Shown piece after piece: positions 1 to 10,131 of a stretch of 64,000 nt of DNA. A model generated the notes under the pieces. The model had not been told where the DNA came from and made no database searches. It saw nothing but the letters and a program-made list of their open reading frames with translations. Source of the stretch: Armatimonadota bacterium (lineage in GTDB: Bacteria > Armatimonadota > Fimbriimonadia > Fimbriimonadales > Fimbriimonadaceae); assembly GCA_027451905.1 (NCBI GenBank), contig DAIDHV010000008.1, forward strand, positions 1 through 64,000, written 5' to 3'. Position numbers and translations under genes: made by a program. How positions within the stretch are numbered: the first letter of the stretch is position 1; the number at the start of each line of letters is the position of its first letter.

Positions 1-430
1 TTCACATTGAACCCACCAGATCCATTGCGAGACACGTCCGCCATCATGTCACCATCCATTATAGCCATGAGCCGACACTGGTGATCCCGCCGCAGGGGAA
101 TGAGCGAAGCGAGTCGGGATTGCCGTGGGCGTCGTAGATGGGATAGACCACAACTGTATTCCCACCTGAAGTCTTGGAAATGGCATCAATGCCACGAGCC
201 CCGATTGCGTAATCGGTCACAGCCGGATTCGTCCCCAAATCCACATCTTCCATGCTTCCCGATTTCATTTCCCTCGTTTCACTCGGCGGGACGGGGCGAT
301 CAAAACTGTTCTTTGTTCGCATGGATTCGCCCCGCATCCTGCCATCATACCTATACAGGGTAGTTGAGCAGTGATAGACTTGGACACTCTCATGTCGAAG
401 CCATGGATGGCGGAGATCCCGCCGGAGCAA
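1..430 (-). pseudogene. Degenerate orphan rhs fragment (core-end segment). Nt 1-50 and ~127-290 are near-identical to 1467-1516 and 1525-1690 of the full rhs gene. It carries two extra in-frame-looking segments and a stop at ~56, and continues past the window start.
   Basis: Direct nucleotide and protein identity to the main Rhs region (TTLYRYDG...YPIYDAHGN...MMADVSRNGSGGFNV). The reading frame is broken by a stop and the N-terminus differs. Confidence 0.7.
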
Positions 431-619
431 AGCAAATCGTGACCATGGCCTGATGGCGAGCCTATGGCCTCCCCCGAATCAATATCCAGAAACTCGTTAA
501 TGAATTGTTTTTCCGCTCACTCTTTTTTCAGCTCCATATTGTTCGACGATATTGAAAATCCAGACAAGGGCCTTTTACAGGGAACCTGCCAAAAAGGAGC
601 TACGGTTATCCAATTTCAG

Positions 620-826
620 TTACTTTTCCTTTCTACCAGCCCTCCCTGCCCCCAATTTGCCCCAAATCACCTGAAGCAAGATGTTTTGCATCGGCATGGT
701 GCAAACAAAGAGGAAGCCATTGAAAGAGTCGAAATGGGCCGCCCCAATGCGAACCAGCAAGACATCAGCCGCGAAAAAAACTGAAAAGATGGATAAAGAC
801 AGCAGAGCTTTTCTGAAGTCGAACAC
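620..826 (-). CDS. Possible small 2-TM membrane protein (68 aa, GTG start 4 nt after the rhs stop). Candidate immunity protein for the Rhs C-terminal tip.
   Basis: The frame stays open immediately downstream of the rhs stop. There are two hydrophobic helices (ALLSLSIFSVFFAADVLLV; FLFVCTMPMQNILLQVIW) and a GGGGA motif 8 nt upstream of the GTG. There is no homology support. Confidence 0.3.
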   Translation of the reverse strand: MFDFRKALLSLSIFSVFFAADVLLVRIGAAHFDSFNGFLFVCTMPMQNILLQVIWGKLGAGRAGRKEK

Positions 827-830
827 CGCT

Positions 831-3800
831 TTAATCCCCTGAATCGATATCATCCAAAAATAATTCTGCTTCAATCTGTCCAGCTTCCGCTGCTGTAGCG
901 TCAACTGCCGTATTGGCGATGTCTTCACTTTCTGCGTTCAGAAGACCGAACGAGGCATTATTTGTAATGGAAGTCAGCATCTTTTCGTAGTCGCCAATAA
1001 ACCTCATATAGGAGCTTACAAAGCCTGCGCCGATGCGTATTCCGCAGGCGCCCACAGCACCTTGAACCACCGCAAATGTGCTCCAGCCAGCTAGCAGACT
1101 TTGCATGCCTAAGGCTACAAGCGCAGAACCTGATCCATCAAATCCCAGAGCGCTCTGAGCCATCCACTGTAGAAGACCAATTATAAAGCACCCTGCCGCC
1201 TGGTTAGGATCGAAGTCCTTGCCGCTGCTGTCCTCCGCATTTGGAGGGCTCGACTGGCAATATGCAAACCAATTACAGGACTGCCTTTTTGGGTCCTCGC
1301 TGATAAACCTACCCGACGTTGGTTCGTAGTATCGGGCGCGCATGTAGATAAGGCCGGATTCATCATCTTGGACGTGACCCAAGTTGGCGCAATAACGTCC
1401 TTTGGGATCGCCGCTTGTCGCGCCGCTTCTTACATTGCCCCAGGCGTCATAAGACCTCTTGTCATTCACATTGAACCCACCAGATCCATTGCGAGACACG
1501 TCCGCCATCATGTTCCCATGGGCGTCATAGATGGGATAGACCACAACCGTATTCCCGCCGGATGTTTTGGAGATAGCATCTATGCCTCTTGCACCGATCG
1601 CATAGTCAGTAATCGCCGGATTGGTCCCCAAATCCACGTCCTCCATGCTCATCTGACCATCGTACCGGTACAAGGTTGTGGAAGAACCATTGGTCTTAGA
1701 AACCCTCATCCCATCTGCACGATACAGGTAATCCCAGGTTCCTGATGTATTGGTTAAGGTTGTCATGCGGTTCAAGCAGTCCCAAGTCATCGACGTCGAC
1801 CCCGTCGTCAGCCGGTTCCCTAAGATATCAGACGTACAACTCACCCCATTGATTGTTATCGGACGATTTAAATTATCACAAACCGAATCGGTTCTATTGC
1901 CAGCCGCGTCGTAACTCCAGTTCTGAATCGCATTGGGCAGACCGTCGCCATAATTGGCACTGGTGAGATAATCAAAGTTAGGATCATAGCCATAGGTCTC
2001 GGTCCAGGTATTTCCACCTTGCCATGAGTTCATGGAACTGGTCTTCAGCCCAAGGTCAGGATCATAGGCACAAGAGTTCTCATAGATCGGGGTGCTGGTG
2101 AAGCTATTCCCATTCCAGTCATCTTGGTAATAGGTGAGATCGGTGGTTCGCCCAGCCCCATCATAGGTGTAGATCGCCCTCATTCGGCTAGAAGCAGGAT
2201 GAGTTCCATCGTAGTAGGTTTGCCCCGTGCTGGGGGTGAACCCTGGCTCGGGAGTCTGGGCAAAACAGGCCTGTTCTACCTGCCCAGCAGAGTTATAGAG
2301 GTAGTCGTACTCTTCTGCGGTCGGGTTGCCATTAGAGTCCAGCCTCGCCATTTTTTGGAATACGCGGTTAACCTTCGGGAATTGACCCACGGAAATGTAG
2401 TCGTAGTATCCCCATGTGGTTGAGCCATTTGGCGTTGTGTAGGTTGCCTCGGTCCTTGAGCCTGAGCTATCGTAGGTGTAGGTATCAGAATAGGTTCCAC
2501 CTGGGTCATTCTCGGTCACCGATTGCACCTGCCCAAGACCTGGACCTGAATTGTAATAGCCAAGGGTTTCAGTGATGCCAGAAAGTCCATCGGTAATAGA
2601 AATGGGTTGCCCATTGGTGATTCCAGCCCCACCGTAGGTGTAGTTCACCAAGTTTTCGCTTAATCCACTATCGATCCGAATTACGCTTAGGATCTTGCCG
2701 TCCGCATCGTAATTTGTTTGAAAGATGTGACCAGCGGCGTCTTGCACTTCATCGGCTTTGCCGTCGCTGGTGTAGCCAAGGGTTTTTTTTATGCGGTTGA
2801 TGCCGCCCTGATCTTCGGTCACTTGGCTTGCCTCACCCCAGCTTCCGTCGTTGTTGGCTCCGTACAGAGTTTGGGTGTGGACATAGGTCCATGGACTTGT
2901 TGATGTGCTTTGCAATTTGTAGACGTCGGTGCATCTGCCATCGCTGTCATAGGCAAACTGAGCACTGTAACCGCCATTCGGTGTGATCTGGTACTTCCAG
3001 TAGTCGCCTGTAGAGGCCCAAGCCGGCGGAGTGATTTGGGTGTTGAGAGAGAAGGCGCCATGGGCATTGTCGTAAACCTGATAAGTTTGTCCCCTGCTTC
3101 CGGCGGCGGCGGTGTTTGGGTAATAGTCGGTGTAGGAATATCGGCAGCCACCATCTGTGGTTTGGCGAACTGCCTTCTGCTGCCAGTATTTGCTTTGATC
3201 CCAATAGGCATAGTCAGTTTCCTTTGTGCTTGTGACATTTTTGACTGAATTCGCAGTCGTCGACTCAGTGACGGTTTGGCTTAATGGATTCCCAGCAAAG
3301 TTGTAGCTTGTAACGGTATCGGTCTCCCCTACATATTGAGGAATCAAAGGGTACAGATACTGGCTCGTGTCGTTTTGGCGGAGCCAATAGGAGAAGTTGT
3401 AATCTGAGTCCTCTGTCAGGTCTTGGGTCTCAATGTTGTAAAACTTATCGCTTGTCACGGAAAACGTCGTCGGGTCCACAAATCCGACATTTGATGGATC
3501 CTGCGAAGTCAACCATGTTCGGACGTCCATGACTCCATTGTTCACGTATCCCGCTGCAATGGCCACGCTATACCACTCCGAAGCTGTGTAGTTATATGGG
3601 TTAATTCCAGCTGGTACCGTGTTCATGTATTCCCAAGCTGCATTCCCACTGCCGCCGCTTTCTGGTCCGAATATTGTAGTGCTTCCGTTGGGAGCATAAA
3701 TGGCATCCACCGTGGGGGCCTCGACTTGGCCGGAATAAGGTAGCACAGTTACATATTGCATAATGTAGGAGATGCTAGTCGTAAGACCCTGCGGATTAGT

Positions 3801-4955
3801 GGTACTCGTCAGGAGGTTTGAGGCAACGTCCGGGGTGCCCTCATTGCCTGCGGCGGCAGAACCGTACCCGTAGTATGTTGTGAGACCAGCTGGGTCAGTG
3901 ACACTTGTCAGAAGATCCCCCGAGTAGCCATAAGAAACGGTTCTGCCGCACCCGTCTGTCACCGAGGAAATGTGGTTGCCAGACCAAGTAAACGAAAGTT
4001 GATGGCCGTTAGGCATCGAAACCTTTATCAGCGGATGCTCGCTTGTGACTCCATCCGACTTCTGGAAACTGACATAATTAGCGCCGTAGTTGTAATTAGT
4101 AACGTTACCCTGGCGGTCTGTGGCTGAAGTCACTTTTAAGACATTGGCGGGATATGGGGTTGCGGTTGGGTTGTTGTATGGCACCGTACCGTTGGGGTAA
4201 CTGCCTTCGGATTGATAGGTATAAGTTGTGCCATCAGGGGTGATGGTCTGATTACTTACAACAACCTGGTAAACAGCCCCATTAAACGTTACAAACTGAT
4301 ACTGAGTGTTATTGACATTGTTGTCCCAGGGAGGAGTGGTAAGCACTCCATCTACATCCCGTTGAATGGTTTCTTGATGGCCACCCGCATCGGTGGCAAC
4401 GACGGCTTGGGTGGGTTGGGCATGGACTCCGGTTGCCATTTCCGCATTTGGGTCAATTTCGGTTGGCGGCCTCTCGCGGATGGCTTTAGGAACGGCTCGA
4501 ACTGGCGCAGAAGGAGATTTTAAGAGTCCACCAGCGGTGTTCCTCACATCGCAACTCAGGGTCCAGCCGAAGCCAAGGGGCCCCTCATCCAAAGAATTCG
4601 AGCTGTAGCTACGCGTCACGTTGACGGGAATTCCGTAGCCGCCTTCAAAGTCTAGGTCGGTAGCCGAGGTAGAATAGTTTCCCGTCATCATGTCTACTCC
4701 CTTATAGATAACATCCCACTTGTTTTGCCCGGCCAGATACGGGCACTGACCAGCCCGACCAACAATCTTTTTTTGCTGAGAAACGCTGAGGACATGGGAT
4801 GCAGGCAACTTGACCTTCTTGGGCCTAATGTAGGGGGCCCTTCGGGGCTGCAAGGGGTTCCTAATAAGACCTGCAATTCCGAATGGAACTGAAGCGTTCA
4901 TCATCAGAAGCGCGGAAAAGACTGCAAATGCACGTTTGAATTTCATTGATGCCAT
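831..4955 (-). CDS. rhs: Rhs/YD-repeat polymorphic toxin (1374 aa) with an N-terminal Sec signal peptide and a C-terminal variable toxin tip (~190 aa, Gly/Ala-rich hydrophobic helices)
   Basis: Signal peptide MASMKFKRAFAVFSALLMMNASVP; FGWTLS N-domain; many YD repeats (YTYDGAGRTTDLTYY, YGYDPNFDY, WSYDAAGNRTD); Rhs core end motif YMRARYYEPTSGRFISEDP followed by a non-conserved tip. Confidence 0.92.
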   Translation of the reverse strand: MASMKFKRAFAVFSALLMMNASVPFGIAGLIRNPLQPRRAPYIRPKKVKLPASHVLSVSQQKKIVGRAGQCPYLAGQNKWDVIYKGVDMMTGNYSTSATDLDFEGGYGIPVNVTRSYSSNSLDEGPLGFGWTLSCDVRNTAGGLLKSPSAPVRAVPKAIRERPPTEIDPNAEMATGVHAQPTQAVVATDAGGHQETIQRDVDGVLTTPPWDNNVNNTQYQFVTFNGAVYQVVVSNQTITPDGTTYTYQSEGSYPNGTVPYNNPTATPYPANVLKVTSATDRQGNVTNYNYGANYVSFQKSDGVTSEHPLIKVSMPNGHQLSFTWSGNHISSVTDGCGRTVSYGYSGDLLTSVTDPAGLTTYYGYGSAAAGNEGTPDVASNLLTSTTNPQGLTTSISYIMQYVTVLPYSGQVEAPTVDAIYAPNGSTTIFGPESGGSGNAAWEYMNTVPAGINPYNYTASEWYSVAIAAGYVNNGVMDVRTWLTSQDPSNVGFVDPTTFSVTSDKFYNIETQDLTEDSDYNFSYWLRQNDTSQYLYPLIPQYVGETDTVTSYNFAGNPLSQTVTESTTANSVKNVTSTKETDYAYWDQSKYWQQKAVRQTTDGGCRYSYTDYYPNTAAAGSRGQTYQVYDNAHGAFSLNTQITPPAWASTGDYWKYQITPNGGYSAQFAYDSDGRCTDVYKLQSTSTSPWTYVHTQTLYGANNDGSWGEASQVTEDQGGINRIKKTLGYTSDGKADEVQDAAGHIFQTNYDADGKILSVIRIDSGLSENLVNYTYGGAGITNGQPISITDGLSGITETLGYYNSGPGLGQVQSVTENDPGGTYSDTYTYDSSGSRTEATYTTPNGSTTWGYYDYISVGQFPKVNRVFQKMARLDSNGNPTAEEYDYLYNSAGQVEQACFAQTPEPGFTPSTGQTYYDGTHPASSRMRAIYTYDGAGRTTDLTYYQDDWNGNSFTSTPIYENSCAYDPDLGLKTSSMNSWQGGNTWTETYGYDPNFDYLTSANYGDGLPNAIQNWSYDAAGNRTDSVCDNLNRPITINGVSCTSDILGNRLTTGSTSMTWDCLNRMTTLTNTSGTWDYLYRADGMRVSKTNGSSTTLYRYDGQMSMEDVDLGTNPAITDYAIGARGIDAISKTSGGNTVVVYPIYDAHGNMMADVSRNGSGGFNVNDKRSYDAWGNVRSGATSGDPKGRYCANLGHVQDDESGLIYMRARYYEPTSGRFISEDPKRQSCNWFAYCQSSPPNAEDSSGKDFDPNQAAGCFIIGLLQWMAQSALGFDGSGSALVALGMQSLLAGWSTFAVVQGAVGACGIRIGAGFVSSYMRFIGDYEKMLTSITNNASFGLLNAESEDIANTAVDATAAEAGQIEAELFLDDIDSGD

Positions 4956-4988
4956 GGTTGACTCTTAAGATTTGATAGGCTGTTTTTG

Positions 4989-5966
4989 CTAGTTGAGCGA
5001 TAAAGGTGTAAAAACGATGACGTTGGCGATAAAGTTCGACCGGGGTTTAGTCGGCAACTTCCATTGGCTTGTCGATTTTGTAAGTGGGTCATAGACTGCG
5101 ATGCTCGAGCCAGAATTCGTACAAATAACGACAAAGTGGTCTGGGGTGCTGAGGATTGCTGGCGTTGAAATATGGCTAAAGTCCTGAGAGTTCAAGGCGA
5201 GGGCATAGGATTTGACCCCAAGTTTCTCGAAGTACTCCCGGATTGCAAGCAACGAGACTCCGGCGTCTGTCCGCTTGCAGCCCTTCGCGATTTGGGCAAT
5301 TGTTTGAGGCTTGCGCCCCATCAATTGGAGGACCTTTGCCACGCACTCTGGACCGCACAAGCTGGTTTGGTAACGAATGAACTTGGTTTGGATGGCAAGA
5401 TCGTGCTGGTAGAGACTGACGTCTGCAGGGTTAATCGGGGCGCCGTCTTTAAGTCCTCCTTGAAGCCTTCTCAACCTGTCAAAACATGCCTTGCATAGTG
5501 GGCTCTTGGGGCGGGACTTCATAAAATCTCGGAATGCGGATATGGCTTGAGTCTTCTTGCCTTCTGCAACCAAGCACACATCAGCCTGGTATAGGGCTTG
5601 GTCGGATAAGCTTCCAAAGTCGGCTGAGGAAACACCGGTGCCTTTGTATGACTTTTCGGCAGCCAGAAAGGTCTTTCTCGCCGCTTCGTAGGTGCCTTTC
5701 GTAGGCTTAGCGGTGTGGTCTTTGGTGACCTCCAGAAAGCCAAGGTGCAGCTGAGCCTGAGTCACCAGATCTTGCATTGTCTTGCTGGGATTCTTTCGAT
5801 TATTGGCAATGAATTGCTGGAGGGCGGCTGGCGTGTTCGGCACTGCCCTCGATTTCGTTCGGCTGGCATGGTCGGCAGGGCTATAATGCCTCAGCGCAAA
5901 GAAGATGCCACCGGCGAGCATCACAAGAGTGCCGCTCCAGATCGCGATTCGAGTTGAACGTTTCAT
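4989..5966 (-). CDS. Membrane-anchored protein with a C-terminal papain-like peptidase C39-like domain
   Basis: N-terminal TM (IAIWSGTLVMLAGGIFFAL). C-terminal domain has Cys (SLCGPECVAKVLQLMG), His (PDHFVVI) and Asp (VYDP) in C39 order. 33 nt upstream of rhs on the same strand. Confidence 0.6.
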   Translation of the reverse strand: MKRSTRIAIWSGTLVMLAGGIFFALRHYSPADHASRTKSRAVPNTPAALQQFIANNRKNPSKTMQDLVTQAQLHLGFLEVTKDHTAKPTKGTYEAARKTFLAAEKSYKGTGVSSADFGSLSDQALYQADVCLVAEGKKTQAISAFRDFMKSRPKSPLCKACFDRLRRLQGGLKDGAPINPADVSLYQHDLAIQTKFIRYQTSLCGPECVAKVLQLMGRKPQTIAQIAKGCKRTDAGVSLLAIREYFEKLGVKSYALALNSQDFSHISTPAILSTPDHFVVICTNSGSSIAVYDPLTKSTSQWKLPTKPRSNFIANVIVFTPLSLN

Positions 5967-7354
5967 CCCTGAGTTCCAGTGGACCAGGCATTGGTCTCCG
6001 TTTCATCTACAATCCAAAGCCTTGGAATGCCGTCCGTTGTTGGCAAACCCGCATTTGGGAACTGGCTTTGATAATAGGCGTCTTCAAAGTACTGCCAGCC
6101 AACGAAGTTGTTAGAGAGCTGAGTTGCTTCATTTGCGAGTGCAACAGAGATGTTGACAGTGCCTTGAGGTGGCTGTGGCATTGTCATGTTGAGGTACTCA
6201 AGTGGTGGTGATGGGGCGGTACCGTTGATGGTAAGGTCAGTACTTTCCACCACGCCAGTTCCCGTTATGTTCCAGGCGTTTGCCCAAGTCGCGTTTCCAG
6301 GCGCCACCGCATAGTTTGGATCGGTGGCGGGAATGTAGTATCCGGCAATATCCATGGCCGCATTGTAGTTGGCATTGGGAGGTCCAAGCCTCGTGAGGGA
6401 AAGGTCAACCCAAATGGGTTTTACATACGAAATGTTCGCGCCGTAAAGTTGAAGGCGACTCGTTCCGCTCAAATCATTTGTTTGGACGAATGGGGCATTT
6501 CCAACAAATGAACCGCCGGTGTATAGCCAGTTGTAGAAGTTGATATAGTTTGCGGGGGCGTTCGCGTCGCCAGGGAGTTCTCCCGCGAGGTCAGGTTGTC
6601 CGTAGGTTTTCCTGGTGTCGATGCTTGTTGAATTTAAATTGAACCGGTTGCAGACAATTGTTCCTTCAGAGTATTGGGTTCCATTAAATAGCGTGTCGAC
6701 CTTGTTGCCGTTAGAGTCATAGTAATAGGTGTCTCCTACATCTTGGACCCCCAGGATGAGGTGATACGTGCCGCTTGACGAACCTGCTATTCGGTTTGTC
6801 AACGTATCGCCATTATTGACAATATAGCCACGAACATAGTAGTTCTGGCCAGTTTTTTGGTCATTGATGGTGGTCTCCGTGCTGGTCTCGCCTTGGTTAC
6901 TCGTTGTGAAATAGTACTCACCGGAGTTTGCGTCGATCGATGTGCAGGTCGAGTAAAGAGTTGCTGTGTAGTTGTCGTCTCTGTATTCCTGCGGGTTTGT
7001 GCCGGGAACGGCCACTCCGGAATCGTTGGCAGGAATGTTTTGTATCGTAAATTGCTGCCGAAAGGCGTGAAATTTTTCGCTTTCGTAACTCGTGGTACCC
7101 GAAGCTTCCTGGACGCCAACTAGCTCCACGTCTGGCCATACTTGGTAGCCAGTGGTTGAGCCGGTGGTGGAACCCGTCGAGGAGCCAGTCGAACTTGAGC
7201 TTGTCCCGCTCGAGCCCGTAGTTTGTGGCGGCGGCAGGACCCCCGTTGAACTTGCAATGCGATCGGAGCGGCCAAGCGCCCCAGAGACTAAGATAATCGC
7301 CACAAAAAAGGCAACGACTATTGAAATAATTTTCGCTCTCATTCTTGTCCTCAA
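5963..7354 (-). CDS. Secreted or membrane-anchored hypothetical protein with an S/T/G-rich linker and a Tyr/Asn/Gly-rich beta-rich domain
   Basis: N-terminal TM/signal (IISIVVAFFVAIILVSGALG); low-complexity STG repeats; 4-nt overlap with the downstream C39-like gene, so the same operon as rhs. Confidence 0.6.
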   Translation of the reverse strand: MRTRMRAKIISIVVAFFVAIILVSGALGRSDRIASSTGVLPPPQTTGSSGTSSSSTGSSTGSTTGSTTGYQVWPDVELVGVQEASGTTSYESEKFHAFRQQFTIQNIPANDSGVAVPGTNPQEYRDDNYTATLYSTCTSIDANSGEYYFTTSNQGETSTETTINDQKTGQNYYVRGYIVNNGDTLTNRIAGSSSGTYHLILGVQDVGDTYYYDSNGNKVDTLFNGTQYSEGTIVCNRFNLNSTSIDTRKTYGQPDLAGELPGDANAPANYINFYNWLYTGGSFVGNAPFVQTNDLSGTSRLQLYGANISYVKPIWVDLSLTRLGPPNANYNAAMDIAGYYIPATDPNYAVAPGNATWANAWNITGTGVVESTDLTINGTAPSPPLEYLNMTMPQPPQGTVNISVALANEATQLSNNFVGWQYFEDAYYQSQFPNAGLPTTDGIPRLWIVDETETNAWSTGTQG

Positions 7355-7542
7355 GACTGTAGACCATTATAGAGCAAATATCTTTACTTGTGTTGAGATT
7401 TGTTAAGAAACTTGCAACATTTTGGAGAATACGTATTCTCAACTCGCAAGAAACCTTCTATCCTGATGAATGGGTTGAAAAATTGTTGAGAGCAGGAAAG
7501 CATCTCGCAAAAAACGCCATCACATGGGGACCAATTTGGCTC

Positions 7543-10098
7543 CTATCCTTCCGATTCACTTAAAGTATTGATGCGTTTGGCGTACTCTCCAGCCAGATTG
7601 TTGCTTGCCGTATCGCTTTCACTTTCCGTGTAGACATGAAAAATTGGCTCTAAGGAATCAGGCAAGATCAAAGCCCAAGAATCTTTATCAAAAATCTTGA
7701 TCCCATCGACCATCTCAACCTTATCATAGGCTCGAGATTCTTCTGACAAGATTCGCATCACAGTTCCCTTGTTTTCCCACGGCACACGGACCGACTGATA
7801 CGCCATATGAAAACGCGGAAGCGAAGCCACAACATCCTCTAACTTCGCATTTTCCCTCGCCAAAAGGGTTACCAACTTTCCAAAACAGTAGGGTGCGTCA
7901 AAGGCGTTTTGCATCTCTGGAAAAATAAAGCCTCCATACTCATCTCCTGCCAAATCCACCCCACTACTGATTGTAATCTCCATCAGAGAACGAGGATCGG
8001 CCTTGGACCGTAACACGGTCGCTCCTGCCTTAGAAAGCTCATTTTCCATCCTTTCTGGCGCGGTTACACTCATGGCAAAGCTTGCAGCGGGATTGGCCTG
8101 GATAATTAACCGACTTAGGGCGGCGTACAAAGTGTGTCCAAAAACGGTTTGACCCTTGGAATCTACAACCGATAGCCTCTCACCATCGCTAGTAAACAAC
8201 ACCCCCATATCGTATTCCGTGCTTTTGACAATGGTGGCAAGCTGCTGCAAGTGAGACTGAATTTCTTGCTCGGTCCTTGGCGACTTCTTGGCATCATCAA
8301 AGGCGTTGAGAGACATCGAATCAACCCCCAATCGAGAAAGCATGGCGGGATAGATGGCGCCAAGTGCGGTGTAGCCATAATCCACAACCACCTTGAGGGG
8401 CCTCTTGGGGCGAGGGTTGTTCTCGAGCAGATGGAAGAAGTCAGACTGATACCCTTCAACGGCACGGCTTGCAAACTCAATTTGGCCAAGGTCATCTGCA
8501 TCGGCGCGCCGATAATCCTCGCGGTAAAAGTTGCTTTCAATTTTCCGCTCAAGGCTTCTTGAAATATAGGTGCCCTGAGAGTCCAACATCTCGATCAAAG
8601 TCACCCGCCGATTACTGGGTAGCTTTCTTGCCGTAATCGCGCCACCTGCCCCACTTGCCTTGATGAAATGCCTCGAAACAGGGATTGCCATCGAGCGCAA
8701 ATCCAAGACATCACAGCCTGCCGATAATAGGCTAGAGATCAAGGCTCGCTTAATCATTCGAGAACTCCTTGTGCTGTCTCGACTGGTCACAATTCTTGTT
8801 CTAGCTGGAAAAACCGTCCCAAACGCACTTGCCAACCGACAAGCAATTTCTGGGGTGATTTCTAAATTGCTCAATCCTGCAACCCCAAGGTCTCGAAAAA
8901 GATTTCCCCGCCATCGGTTTCCCCAAATCAGGCTAACGGTTACGGTTGACCCCCGCTCGACTACTTTATCCGGCCAAATCTTAATTTTTGTACGAATGGT
9001 GCTGCCGGCGTCAATTGTTGCACGATCACCCACCACCGATTCTTCCCTTAGCACACAATCTCGCTTGATAATAGCCCTTGAGCACACGATGGCGCTATGA
9101 AGGGCTGAACTATGCCCCAGGTAAACGTTGTCCCAGCATACAGACCGTTCGGCAAGAGCACGCTCTTCCACTAAGGTGTTATCACCGATGACCGTGTACG
9201 GTCCAATAACCGCCCCATCCTTGATTCTACAATTAGAGCCGATCATCACCGGCGGTTTGAGGACCACTGTTTCATCAATTTGTGAGTTCTTGCCAATATA
9301 AATGCCAGAAGTAGGCAACAACTCATTCATCCCAAAAATCGGCAAATCCACCCTTCCGCTAAGAGTTGCTTCTTGGGCCTCTCGGTACTGGGCGAGCGAG
9401 CCGACATCGCACCAATATCCGTCCATTGTGTAGCCATAGATTGGCATGTCTTCTGCCAGCATTTTGGGGAACACGTCGGCAGACCAGTCACACTCTTCGC
9501 CGGGTTTGATAAGGTCTAAAACTTCAGGCTCAATGATATAGATTCCTGTGTTGACGGCGTCCGAAAAAACCTCTCCCCACCTTGGCTTTTCTAAGAAGCG
9601 GGTCACTTTTCCGTTCTCATCGGTGATGACCACGCCGTACTCTAGGGGGTTTGGATCGCGGTAGAGCACAAGGGTTGCAAGGCTCTTTTTTTCTCGATGG
9701 TATTGGTAAGCGGCCGAGAGATCGCAATCAGTCAGGGCATCCCCAGAAATAATAACAAGAGACTTTCCTTCAAAAAACTCTTCCGCGTTTTTTACGCTGC
9801 CTGCGGTTCCAAGGGGTTGATTTTCGATGGCATAGGCTAGATCTATGTCAAAATCGAGCCCGTCTCCAAAATGGGCTTGGATTTCATCGGCAAGGTAATG
9901 AACGGTTGCCACAACCTTGCGTATCCCATGAGACTTCAGCAGGTCGATGATGTGCTCCATCATCGGCCGATTGGCAATAGGAACCATCGGCTTGGGGCGA
10001 TTGGTTGTTAAAGGGGCAAGTCTTGAACCCTTGCCTCCTGCCATCACAACCGCGGTTGCGTACTGGCTTAAGTCTTTGTTCTCAAAATCACTTTCCAT
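7543..10098 (-). CDS. Bifunctional sugar-1-phosphate nucleotidyltransferase (NTP-transferase plus left-handed beta-helix) fused to a phosphomannomutase/phosphoglucomutase domain
   Basis: N-terminal VVMAGGKGSRLAPLTTNRPKPMVPI nucleotidyltransferase signature; hexapeptide repeats; C-terminal alpha-D-phosphohexomutase-like region. Confidence 0.8.
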   Translation of the reverse strand: MESDFENKDLSQYATAVVMAGGKGSRLAPLTTNRPKPMVPIANRPMMEHIIDLLKSHGIRKVVATVHYLADEIQAHFGDGLDFDIDLAYAIENQPLGTAGSVKNAEEFFEGKSLVIISGDALTDCDLSAAYQYHREKKSLATLVLYRDPNPLEYGVVITDENGKVTRFLEKPRWGEVFSDAVNTGIYIIEPEVLDLIKPGEECDWSADVFPKMLAEDMPIYGYTMDGYWCDVGSLAQYREAQEATLSGRVDLPIFGMNELLPTSGIYIGKNSQIDETVVLKPPVMIGSNCRIKDGAVIGPYTVIGDNTLVEERALAERSVCWDNVYLGHSSALHSAIVCSRAIIKRDCVLREESVVGDRATIDAGSTIRTKIKIWPDKVVERGSTVTVSLIWGNRWRGNLFRDLGVAGLSNLEITPEIACRLASAFGTVFPARTRIVTSRDSTRSSRMIKRALISSLLSAGCDVLDLRSMAIPVSRHFIKASGAGGAITARKLPSNRRVTLIEMLDSQGTYISRSLERKIESNFYREDYRRADADDLGQIEFASRAVEGYQSDFFHLLENNPRPKRPLKVVVDYGYTALGAIYPAMLSRLGVDSMSLNAFDDAKKSPRTEQEIQSHLQQLATIVKSTEYDMGVLFTSDGERLSVVDSKGQTVFGHTLYAALSRLIIQANPAASFAMSVTAPERMENELSKAGATVLRSKADPRSLMEITISSGVDLAGDEYGGFIFPEMQNAFDAPYCFGKLVTLLARENAKLEDVVASLPRFHMAYQSVRVPWENKGTVMRILSEESRAYDKVEMVDGIKIFDKDSWALILPDSLEPIFHVYTESESDTASNNLAGEYAKRINTLSESEG

Positions 10099-10131
10099 TC
10101 CCTTGCCTTTACTGTTCAGAATAGTGTAAGA

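Noticed and set aside
620-928. ATG-initiated 102-aa ORF overlapping the 3' end of rhs, as listed in the ORF track
   Set aside because: Its first ~33 codons lie inside the rhs coding region in another frame. The GTG-initiated 68-aa version beginning after the rhs stop is the more plausible gene, itself only low confidence.
8163-9100. Several 100-150-aa ORFs on both strands inside the nucleotidyltransferase/PMM gene
   Set aside because: They are fully nested in a well-supported 851-aa CDS and have no independent signals. They are ordinary shadow ORFs.
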